Positions 37,775 to 45,861 of a stretch of 64,000 bases of DNA are shown here, one piece after another; within the stretch, counting starts at the first letter, position 1, and each line of letters opens with the position of its first letter. This DNA is from a virus. The stretch lies in IMG/VR virus record IMGVR_UViG_3300021963_008193, positions 1 to 64,000 of that record. The stretch is one strand, 5' to 3'. The translations under genes and the position numbers were made by a program. The notes below the pieces were generated by a model, which had not been told where the DNA came from, did no database searches, and saw only the letters and a list, made by a program, of their open reading frames with translations.

Positions 37775-39295
37775 TTAGTGAATACGTATAAGATGATTAA
37801 CTAATCTATTAAGGTTTTGATAAAAAAATGGTAACAATGTTTGAGAATAGTCATGTCTTTCCCCTATCATGTTTTTCTCATCTTTACCTCTTGACTGACT
37901 TTCAAAATGATACGAAACTAAACTACCGTCAAAATAATTTTCATATCCCATTAAGAGACATTTTGCGTTAAGTTCTACATCTTCAAAACAAGTTGTATAA
38001 TTCTCATTATAACTCCCACATTTTTCAAAAACATTTTTTCTAATCATCATTAACGCTGCCGTATTACCAAATACTTTTTTAAATGATACAGGATGGTTAT
38101 AATATGATTTTATATTATCGTGACCTAAAATAATTTGTTGTCGACTATTAACTCCTGCGAACACACCCCCATGTTGTACGGTATTATCTTCAAAATGTAA
38201 TCTACAACCAACAGTTCCTGTTTTAGGGTGTTCTTTCATGATTTTTAACATACCATAAATGACGTTGTTTAATATTTTAATATCATTATTACAAAACAAC
38301 AAAAATTCATATTTGTTATCTATATGATTTTTGACAACATCATTATTTATTTTAGCGAAATTATAATAATCGTATTCAATTAGAGTTATTTGTACCTTTG
38401 TTGAGTTTTCGGTTATATAATTTTTTATTTCGGAAATCTCGTCCTCGTTTGACCCAGTATCTGCAACGAAAATATGATAAAGTTGCGAGTTGGAATGTTC
38501 TATAAATGAATCTATACATTGTTTTAATAAATTAACTTTCCCTTTTGTCGGGATTATTACTGCAACACTACCAACATTTTTAATTGGTTTTTCTTTAATT
38601 TCGGGAGTATATATTTTATTCGGTAATAAGTCTAATGGTAATTTTTCTTTCCATTTATTTAAAAATTTATCCTTACTTTCCCAAAATTCTTGGTTTGGTT
38701 GACCTACCGATTTATGAGTTATTTCAAATGAAGATGTTACACCAATTTTTACATTATCTAAATAATTTGGAATACAAAACCCATGGTCGTAAAAATGGAA
38801 CTTTCCATAAGATTCATCAAAAGTATGTTTGATTTTTGTTTTGTCAAATGATATAAACAAACCATCAATTGTTACTACGGGAATTAAAAAAGGTAGTTTA
38901 GGGGAATATTGACTTAACCATTTTTTTTGGTTTTCAGGATGGTGATACACTTGTCCCACCATTGTTTGTTTCATTTTTTCCCAATAAACTCCTGATTCGG
39001 GAAAATAACATGAACCAGCCTTTCCAATTATACCGAATTCGGGGTTAATGGAAAAATCCTCTAATAGTTTTTTACCCCAATTCTTCTCAAGTTTTATATC
39101 GTTATGACAACAAACTATTATATCATGAGAGGACTCTTCAATACCCTTATTATATAATTCCGATAATGAATATTGGTTGTTATTATTATATTCAATGATT
39201 TGAACATCGGGTAAACCAACTGTCTGTAATAAGTGTCGTTGGAAATTGGAATTATATTCGAAATCCTTATGAGTTGAGTATATTATCGTTATCAT
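37775..39295 (-). CDS. Two-domain glycosyltransferase family 2
   Basis: YNKGI...CCHNDI...IDGLF...FHFYD, then VIIPT...NFAKINN...LFCNNDI...FEDVELN...HFESQSRG. Confidence 0.85.
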   Translation of the reverse strand: MITIIYSTHKDFEYNSNFQRHLLQTVGLPDVQIIEYNNNNQYSLSELYNKGIEESSHDIIVCCHNDIKLEKNWGKKLLEDFSINPEFGIIGKAGSCYFPESGVYWEKMKQTMVGQVYHHPENQKKWLSQYSPKLPFLIPVVTIDGLFISFDKTKIKHTFDESYGKFHFYDHGFCIPNYLDNVKIGVTSSFEITHKSVGQPNQEFWESKDKFLNKWKEKLPLDLLPNKIYTPEIKEKPIKNVGSVAVIIPTKGKVNLLKQCIDSFIEHSNSQLYHIFVADTGSNEDEISEIKNYITENSTKVQITLIEYDYYNFAKINNDVVKNHIDNKYEFLLFCNNDIKILNNVIYGMLKIMKEHPKTGTVGCRLHFEDNTVQHGGVFAGVNSRQQIILGHDNIKSYYNHPVSFKKVFGNTAALMMIRKNVFEKCGSYNENYTTCFEDVELNAKCLLMGYENYFDGSLVSYHFESQSRGKDEKNMIGERHDYSQTLLPFFYQNLNRLVNHLIRIH

Positions 39296-40010
39296 ATAAA
39301 AAGTTCATTGCGGTTAAATCTTCAACCTCGTTAAAATTATGTGCCTCGAAATCTTTCATAGTTCGTCTATGTTCTAACAATGGAGTGTCGGCTCTACCTC
39401 GATTACATTTTTGTGTAAATTCTTCTTTAGTTTTACCAAAGTAATGATTTAATTGGGCAATATCATCATCACCATTTTCATTAAATGGTCCCATAAACAA
39501 TCTTTTATTTGTGTCTGTTGATGGTTTATTAAAAGGATTATGAACATCCATTATAATATTACTTGATAATTTAATAATGGATTTAACATGATTGTTAATA
39601 GATTTTTGACGTTTTGTAAATCGTTTAAGAACACTGTATTCGTTATTTACTCGTTGATGACCATTGTCACCAAATAAAACCCAGTTAACACCTATTGAGT
39701 GATAATCTAAATAATCTGAGATAAAATCTTTAACATTTTGATGTTTTTTTAAAACTAAAAATTCATCAATATCAAAAAATGCCGCCCAATCATATTTTGT
39801 ATAATTGTTTTGAATAAAATGGTGATAAGCTTCTCGTTGTTTATTAACACCGTCAAAATCTATTGTAATAACGTTAGGTTCGTCAATAGAACACCTCCAA
39901 TCATTTTGATAAATAATAATATCATCAAAACCAAGTTTTTTATTATAATTTATCCATTCTTGGATATACATATCCTCGTTTTTTGCTATACAAACTAATG
40001 CAACCTTCAT
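39267..40010 (-). CDS. Glycosyltransferase (GT92 / GT2_4-like)
   Basis: VCIAKNE..YI.EWI.Y...LGFD.I.IY.N...WAAFFDIDEFL...LNHY..K..EEF. Start 40010 (MKVALV). Confidence 0.8.
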   Translation of the reverse strand: MKVALVCIAKNEDMYIQEWINYNKKLGFDDIIIYQNDWRCSIDEPNVITIDFDGVNKQREAYHHFIQNNYTKYDWAAFFDIDEFLVLKKHQNVKDFISDYLDYHSIGVNWVLFGDNGHQRVNNEYSVLKRFTKRQKSINNHVKSIIKLSSNIIMDVHNPFNKPSTDTNKRLFMGPFNENGDDDIAQLNHYFGKTKEEFTQKCNRGRADTPLLEHRRTMKDFEAHNFNEVEDLTAMNFLYDNDNILNS

Positions 40011-40014
40011 AATG

Positions 40015-40563
40015 TTATATTTTAACCCACCATTGTTGTCCACCAACAACATTTATTTTATCCCCAAATATTTCATCAACGGCTTGCATTACCCCTGGCC
40101 AACCGATAACATAATCGTCCCCACATAATACTCCACCTTTTTTCACTTTAGGTAACCAATTTTTAATATCTTCAATAACAAATTCATATTCGTGGGAGGC
40201 ATCAATATAAACAATATCGAAATATTCATCACTATAGTTTTTAGATTCAGAAATTGAATCATTTTTAATAAGTTCTATTTTATCTAAAATTGGTTTTAAA
40301 TTTTCCAAAGTAATACCATGGTAGTTAATTGTTTTATCGTGTTCAGTAGACCCCTCAAAATGGTCAATTGCTTTATATTCGTATTCAAGGTTTTCATTAA
40401 TTAATATAGTATTCCACATTGAAGTCCCTCGACCTTGGTAAACACCTATTTCGGCAATTTTTATTTTTTGATTGGTATTAATCAAAGGTAAAATTGTTTT
40501 AAGTAATTCACCTTGTTCAGATTCCGAAGACCATCCTTCGATATTATGATAAAAATGCTCCAT
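40015..40563 (-). CDS. Class I SAM-dependent methyltransferase (Methyltransf_24-like)
   Basis: AEIGVYQGRGT...IDHF...DIVYIDASHEYE.V..DI..W.PKVKKGG.L.GDDY. Confidence 0.85.
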   Translation of the reverse strand: MEHFYHNIEGWSSESEQGELLKTILPLINTNQKIKIAEIGVYQGRGTSMWNTILINENLEYEYKAIDHFEGSTEHDKTINYHGITLENLKPILDKIELIKNDSISESKNYSDEYFDIVYIDASHEYEFVIEDIKNWLPKVKKGGVLCGDDYVIGWPGVMQAVDEIFGDKINVVGGQQWWVKI

Positions 40564-40564
40564 A

Positions 40565-41155
40565 TTATATTCCTGTTGAACCGAACCCATTATCTCCTCG
40601 GTCTTTTTCGTTTATTTTATTTTTTTGTACTAAATTAACCCATTTACCATTAACAACAGGACAAAGGACTGCTTGTCCTATTTTCATACCTTTAGTGATT
40701 GTTACAGGATGATTATTCGTATTAAAAATAATTCCTTTAACTTCACCCGTATAACCATTATCAACAGTCCCTGGAGAATTTAAAATCATTAGTCCTTGAT
40801 TAATAGCTAAACCGCTTTTTGACCTAACTTGAATTTCGTATCCGTCTTTAATGTCAAATGACAATCCTGTCGGAACTAACGCTCTCCCAAATGAGGGGAT
40901 AATTACCTCCTCAATAGCATGTAAATCAAACCCCGAATCTGTTTCGTAATTATATTTTGGTGTATACGCTTCAGGATTTAATTTGATAAACCCTAAATCT
41001 AATTGTGGCGTATAGTTCTCCATTTCCTCTTCTAATGATTTCATATCAAGACCATGTTCTTGTAATATTTTGTCATAGTCTAACTCAGAATCATCGGTTT
41101 GTAATAGATATTCTTGTAGTTTTTCTGATTGTTCTTTTAGTGAATCTAAATTCAT
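40565..41155 (-). CDS. dut: Trimeric dUTPase
   Basis: SGFDL, QVRSKSGLA, NSPGTVDNGYTGEV, IGQ, RGDNGFGSTG. Confidence 0.95.
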   Translation of the reverse strand: MNLDSLKEQSEKLQEYLLQTDDSELDYDKILQEHGLDMKSLEEEMENYTPQLDLGFIKLNPEAYTPKYNYETDSGFDLHAIEEVIIPSFGRALVPTGLSFDIKDGYEIQVRSKSGLAINQGLMILNSPGTVDNGYTGEVKGIIFNTNNHPVTITKGMKIGQAVLCPVVNGKWVNLVQKNKINEKDRGDNGFGSTGI

Positions 41156-41865
41156 TATTCTAATTCTTTTAATTTTTTAATAACATCAATTAATACTTGA
41201 ACATCTCGTTCACAGTATTCAGATATTTCTTTTAACATACTCTTTTCCCAATAACATTCGTGAACTTTATCTCCTGTAACATCTCCGTCCTTAGGTGATG
41301 GAACTTCCATACAAGTACACATTAAGTCTAAAGAACCAATTGATGTGTAGGACCCGTATTGCCAAATTTCTTTGGTATCGATAGCCTTAATTTCCCATGG
41401 TTTTGTGTCGTAAGACGGTAAAATTGATGGTGGTAATAAACCATTAACAATCATACGTTTTGCCAACATAGGGATATCAAAATTCTTCAAGTTATGACCA
41501 CATAAAAAGAAGTCTAATTTACCGCATCTTTCAAGTAGTTTCTGAACACCTTTTAATAAAGTTTTTTCATCATCGTCAGAAAATGTTTGTGATTTAGTTT
41601 CTCCGTTATCCATAACGAATGCGACACTAACACAAACTATTTTAGCGAACTCGGGAACAAGTGCCGCTCTTCTTTTAAACATATAATTTTTAGAATCAAT
41701 GTCTACCGACGCGTCTTCAGGGAATCTTTTTTGGAACCAATCAAAATATTTATCAAATTGATTTGCAATTTCAGGATTGAAGTTTTGACATGAGTCATAG
41801 TCAGGACATGCTCCAACCGTCTCAATGTCCAAAAATAAAATTTTGGTAATAGGTATTTTAATCAT
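41155..41865 (-). CDS. PolB-type 3'-5' exonuclease (DNA_pol_B_exo2-like)
   Basis: LFLDIET, GHNLKNFDIP, SLD, YCERDV (ExoI-III motifs). Confidence 0.85.
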   Translation of the reverse strand: MIKIPITKILFLDIETVGACPDYDSCQNFNPEIANQFDKYFDWFQKRFPEDASVDIDSKNYMFKRRAALVPEFAKIVCVSVAFVMDNGETKSQTFSDDDEKTLLKGVQKLLERCGKLDFFLCGHNLKNFDIPMLAKRMIVNGLLPPSILPSYDTKPWEIKAIDTKEIWQYGSYTSIGSLDLMCTCMEVPSPKDGDVTGDKVHECYWEKSMLKEISEYCERDVQVLIDVIKKLKELE

Positions 41866-41868
41866 AAA

Positions 41869-43086
41869 TTATTTAATTAAAGATTTGTAAAATTCTGCTC
41901 TTGTTTTAGTTACAACTCTAAGGTCATAAGTGTCTTTAACAGTTTCATAAAGACGTTCACCCATATCAGTAATCAAATTAGGGTTGTTAACCAATTTCTT
42001 AATAAACTTACTCCAATCTCCATGGTTTCTATTTTCTTGGACCAACATAGCATTACCATCAACAAATTCACCATTTTTTAAACAGTGTTTAAGGTCGATA
42101 GTATAAGGACCAACCTCAGAAGCAATTATCGCTTTTTTATAGAACCCCGCCTCAATAACTTTAAGTTGAGACTTCATTCTATTAAAGATATGATTTTTAA
42201 TTGGTGCTAATGAAATGTCGAATTTAGAATAATTCATTGCGTATGATGTAACGGGTTTTGTCCAAACCCGTTGGTATGGTAATGAAATTCCTGAATCATA
42301 ATTACTTTCTTTAAATTCCATTAGGAAGTTTTTATAATCGTTACCAATTATCTTATAGTTGTCTGTGAAAATTTCTTCATATTTCGACCAAACAGTTTCT
42401 TCAGGTTTAATAGGTCTTTGATTCTTTTCACCTGTCTGTTTATTAATCTCGGTGATTGTTCCTCTCGTATCAAAACCACACAAAACATATTGTATTTTTT
42501 GAGTTAGGTCATTATTTTTAGAAACAAAACCATTCAATAATTTTAAATCGTGTAAGTGAGAAGAACCTCCTAACCAACCAATTCTAATTCTATCAGACTC
42601 CTCTGAAGGTTGTTTAAACTGAGATTCATTTGGGTCTATTGCGTTAGGTAATACTATTACGTTTTTATTAACTTTACGGATTTCATTAGCAAATAAAACT
42701 GTTGTAGTTGTAACATAATCAGCTTCTCGTAAATTAGCAACAATTTTTTCGTGTATCTTGTCTTGAACAATGATACTATGTATTGGGTGTTCCATAGTTG
42801 GTAACCAATAATCATCAATATCTACAATAGTTATAATTCCCATAGATTTTAGGTTCTTAATAATCATTGGGGTGTGTTCATATATGTTTCCAATATTTCT
42901 ATGGACATGAACTATTTGATACTGTTTCCAATAATTTGGGTCATTAATCCTCGGCTCATAATCGATATCTACATGGAAGTCATCATTATACATGTTTTGT
43001 AACATTACGTGAGGGTCCACAGAACGAAATTTACCCACACCTGTTTTATCTGAAGGGAGTACTAATACTTTAATCTTTTGTGTCAT
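41869..43086 (-). CDS. Glycosyltransferase (GT-B/GT4-like, phage type)
   Basis: G.G.FR...PH, DIDDYW, IGWLGGSSH..DL, DISLAPI....FN..KS.LKVIEAG...KAIIAS. Confidence 0.85.
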   Translation of the reverse strand: MTQKIKVLVLPSDKTGVGKFRSVDPHVMLQNMYNDDFHVDIDYEPRINDPNYWKQYQIVHVHRNIGNIYEHTPMIIKNLKSMGIITIVDIDDYWLPTMEHPIHSIIVQDKIHEKIVANLREADYVTTTTVLFANEIRKVNKNVIVLPNAIDPNESQFKQPSEESDRIRIGWLGGSSHLHDLKLLNGFVSKNNDLTQKIQYVLCGFDTRGTITEINKQTGEKNQRPIKPEETVWSKYEEIFTDNYKIIGNDYKNFLMEFKESNYDSGISLPYQRVWTKPVTSYAMNYSKFDISLAPIKNHIFNRMKSQLKVIEAGFYKKAIIASEVGPYTIDLKHCLKNGEFVDGNAMLVQENRNHGDWSKFIKKLVNNPNLITDMGERLYETVKDTYDLRVVTKTRAEFYKSLIK

Positions 43087-43142
43087 AGTTTTCTTTTATT
43101 AAAAAAATATAACACGAAAAGGATAGATTATCAACTGTACTA

Positions 43143-43171
43143 AATAAAAAATCCCCACCGTTAAGTGAGGA
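43143..43171 (-). terminator. Rho-independent terminator (minus strand)
   Basis: Minus strand TCCTCAC-TTAACG-GTGGGGA followed by TTTTTATTT. Confidence 0.7.
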
Positions 43172-43191
43172 CCATATTTTTGTTTTTAAAA

Positions 43192-43770
43192 TTATTGTAC
43201 TTTTCTAATTTTAGTTACCTTACCTTCAAATATGTGTTTACCTACTTTAAATGAGATAGTTTCATTTGATTTACTAGTTGATTCTGTTAATAAACCATTT
43301 TCAGATAAAACTTCTTCAACCACTTCTCTCATCATCTGTCTCATCATTTTCATATCGATAGAAGATGACTGTTGTTGTGTTTGAGGTTGTTGTTTTGTTT
43401 GAGTGGGATTACTACCCGTATTCATTAATCTACTTGCTTTCTCAACTAAGTCATTTGATAACGATGGTCCCGTCATTGAATCAGGTTGACTAATAGGGTG
43501 TTCAATCATTAACATTTTAATCTCATCAGGTAATTTTGACGACATGATTCTTTCTTTAGATGATGATTGAGGCATTGGGTTCATTGGGATGTTACTTTCT
43601 TGTAAAATGTCGGATGGTAAATTATAATTTGCCGTTGGAGCCGAATAATCTTCTACCATTGGTGCGGTTAATACATTTCCTTGAACACCATTTCTTGGCA
43701 TTTCACCGTGTTTTTCCATAATTTTTTTAGATACCATTAACCTTTGTATCAATTCATTTTCGTTTGTCAT
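43192..43770 (-). CDS. Hypothetical protein
   Basis: 192 aa; SKLPDEIK..M.E.PI motif; C-terminal F.VG.HIFEGKV. Confidence 0.65.
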   Translation of the reverse strand: MTNENELIQRLMVSKKIMEKHGEMPRNGVQGNVLTAPMVEDYSAPTANYNLPSDILQESNIPMNPMPQSSSKERIMSSKLPDEIKMLMIEHPISQPDSMTGPSLSNDLVEKASRLMNTGSNPTQTKQQPQTQQQSSSIDMKMMRQMMREVVEEVLSENGLLTESTSKSNETISFKVGKHIFEGKVTKIRKVQ

Positions 43771-44207
43771 ATTTCATTATTTTCTTCAGGTGTATTTTCT
43801 TCAGGTGATGTTTCCTCAGGTGTGTTATCGAAAACCGCATTAATAATTATTCTATTCATACTTCTATCACCATTTGGGTTATACCCAGGTCTTAGTTCAT
43901 TAAATGATTCTCCTGATGGTTTGAAAGAAAGAATTTTATCAACTCTAAACATTCTCCATCCTGGTAAAGGTTGTTCACCTTTATAAGCGGTATGAGAAGA
44001 ACCTTCATCATCCCAAGCTCGTAAAACAGGGTTATCCGATTTACTATACCCAAGACATACAGGTTCAACTGACCTTAATCCTCGACCTCCTGGTTCATCC
44101 CCGTCATAATAAATCACTATTTTTTGTTTTTTCTTAATAGCATCAACAATAGAATCGATAGACGCTACCTCTAAAATAAGTGATTTAGTAATGTTGTAAA
44201 GTTTCAT
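43767..44207 (-). CDS. Stand-alone WYL-domain protein
   Basis: AI..K..I.IYY.......R.VEP..LG......LRAW......WRMFRVDKI. Confidence 0.8.
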   Translation of the reverse strand: MKLYNITKSLILEVASIDSIVDAIKKKQKIVIYYDGDEPGGRGLRSVEPVCLGYSKSDNPVLRAWDDEGSSHTAYKGEQPLPGWRMFRVDKILSFKPSGESFNELRPGYNPNGDRSMNRIIINAVFDNTPEETSPEENTPEENNEI

Positions 44208-44503
44208 CACGCTGAAGGTGTTGTGTAAGGGTTTGTTGGTTTATATTCATTAATAACGGTTTCTGCCTTTCTCTCAAGAATGTCTTGAATTGCTCCTGCC
44301 GATTGATTATATACATCTAAATCACCACCTGTTCCTTTACCTTTAGTATCACCATCAGCAATAGCATCAGGGTTAACAGATGAATATTCATATGCGGTTT
44401 GTTTATAATCGTTTTTAGGGATTAGTTTCGCTCTCTCCGCTTCTGCGATTGCGGACAAATCATTTTTTGGTTGTTCAAAATTTAAAGGTTCAATTGTTGC
44501 CAT
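44207..44503 (-). CDS. Hypothetical protein
   Basis: 98-aa ORF coupled to its neighbours. Confidence 0.6.
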   Translation of the reverse strand: MATIEPLNFEQPKNDLSAIAEAERAKLIPKNDYKQTAYEYSSVNPDAIADGDTKGKGTGGDLDVYNQSAGAIQDILERKAETVINEYKPTNPYTTPSA

Positions 44504-44504
44504 C

Positions 44505-44975
44505 TTAAATTATTTTTTTCATTATGTCGTTTATTCTTCTCAAGCTTTCGGTAACCTGTAAATCGTAATCACCAATACTTGTTTTATGACTTTTACTTGG
44601 TCTATTCATATCCGTAATACCATCTTTTTCATGTGTTTGGATGAATTGATTTGGTAGTACTTCTGATTTATTTTGTTTAGTTGTGTGGATACCATCTCTC
44701 ATGGTCCCCAAAGTATTATGAACCCAATTCTTTACGTAGTGACCACCATTTAAAATATAGGGTAATTCGTTTTCATGACCGTCAAAACTATCAAACCAAT
44801 TCTTCATTCGTTTTAATTGTTGGTAACTAACTTCACGAGTATCTCTTAAATCCTTGTTGCGTTTGTAACCTTCAGTGTTTTCATCGGCACCATGTGCAGA
44901 ATCAAAACATTGACCTAAATAGTTTAACACATCTTCAGGTAAGGGAACTTTATGTCCGTATAAATCCTTATTCAC
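44505..44975 (-). CDS. Hypothetical phage protein
   Basis: G.KR...L.....VSY.QLKRMKNWFD...L.GG....WV, a helical domain pattern seen in phage head-region genes. Confidence 0.55.
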   Translation of the reverse strand: MNKDLYGHKVPLPEDVLNYLGQCFDSAHGADENTEGYKRNKDLRDTREVSYQQLKRMKNWFDSFDGHENELPYILNGGHYVKNWVHNTLGTMRDGIHTTKQNKSEVLPNQFIQTHEKDGITDMNRPSKSHKTSIGDYDLQVTESLRRINDIMKKII

Positions 44976-45810
44976 TTGTCTTTAATATACTGATTAATTT
45001 ATTAATACTAATACCTTCTTTATCCGCCAATTTTTTAATTGACTGTAAGTTCTTAACTAGTATTTTACTAACACTATTATTTTCATTCTCTCGTCTAACA
45101 ACATCAGAATTCTCTTTTGATTTTTTAGAAAGAATATCCTCTACCATCTTAATCATTTGTTGTTTTTCCTGTTCCTCAATACTTTCTTTTTCCGATAGAC
45201 GTTGTCTTAATTTACCGTTTTTCTTTTTCGCTTTAGGTAATTTGCCTAATTCCTTAGCTCTATGAACTGAATTTTCAACACCCATTTTTTTAAGAGTTTT
45301 AACGGTGTTGTTAAAATCCATGTCTTGAGTTTCCTCAAAACCAAATGCGTCCGAATAATCAATTTCTGATACTACATTTTCATCCTCTTCTTCACTTTCA
45401 CCGTAGTACACTCTAAACCCTCTTGTAATTGGGTCATTAGAAAATCTTGACATTGTTACCGTTTGGTCCATAGTCTTTCTTGGGTGTAACGCCTGATTTA
45501 GGTATGGTGTTCTCGCACTTAAAAAACCTCCATCGGCATCAATTAATTCATCGATTTCGCCAGACTTAGTAACATCGTCTAACTCCTTATCAATTTCTTT
45601 TTTTGAAACTTTTTTCTTAGAAGTTAAAAACTTATTCATAATATTTTTAACATTTTTTGAATCCTTCTTTTTGAAATCTTTTTTATCATCTTTCTTTCTT
45701 GATTCGGTTAATGTGTCGGCAACAGAGTAATATAAAGAGATTTTGTCACCTTTATCCTTAAGAAAAAAGTAACAATTGTTATTGAAGTATTCTTTATTAA
45801 AATTAATCAT
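44968..45810 (-). CDS. Hypothetical Lys/Glu-rich protein
   Basis: 280-aa ORF; late motif at 45823-45830. Confidence 0.65.
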   Translation of the reverse strand: MINFNKEYFNNNCYFFLKDKGDKISLYYSVADTLTESRKKDDKKDFKKKDSKNVKNIMNKFLTSKKKVSKKEIDKELDDVTKSGEIDELIDADGGFLSARTPYLNQALHPRKTMDQTVTMSRFSNDPITRGFRVYYGESEEEDENVVSEIDYSDAFGFEETQDMDFNNTVKTLKKMGVENSVHRAKELGKLPKAKKKNGKLRQRLSEKESIEEQEKQQMIKMVEDILSKKSKENSDVVRRENENNSVSKILVKNLQSIKKLADKEGISINKLISILKTSE

Positions 45811-45822
45811 GTCTTTTTTATC

Positions 45823-45851
45823 AATAAATACTTCGTTTTAATGTATTTATC
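45823..45851. promoter_or_regulatory. Back-to-back late-promoter motifs at the divergence point
   Basis: GTATTTATT on the minus strand (45823-45831) and GTATTTATC on the plus strand (45843-45851), each pointing at its own gene. Confidence 0.75.
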
Positions 45852-45861
45852 ATAAAAAAAG

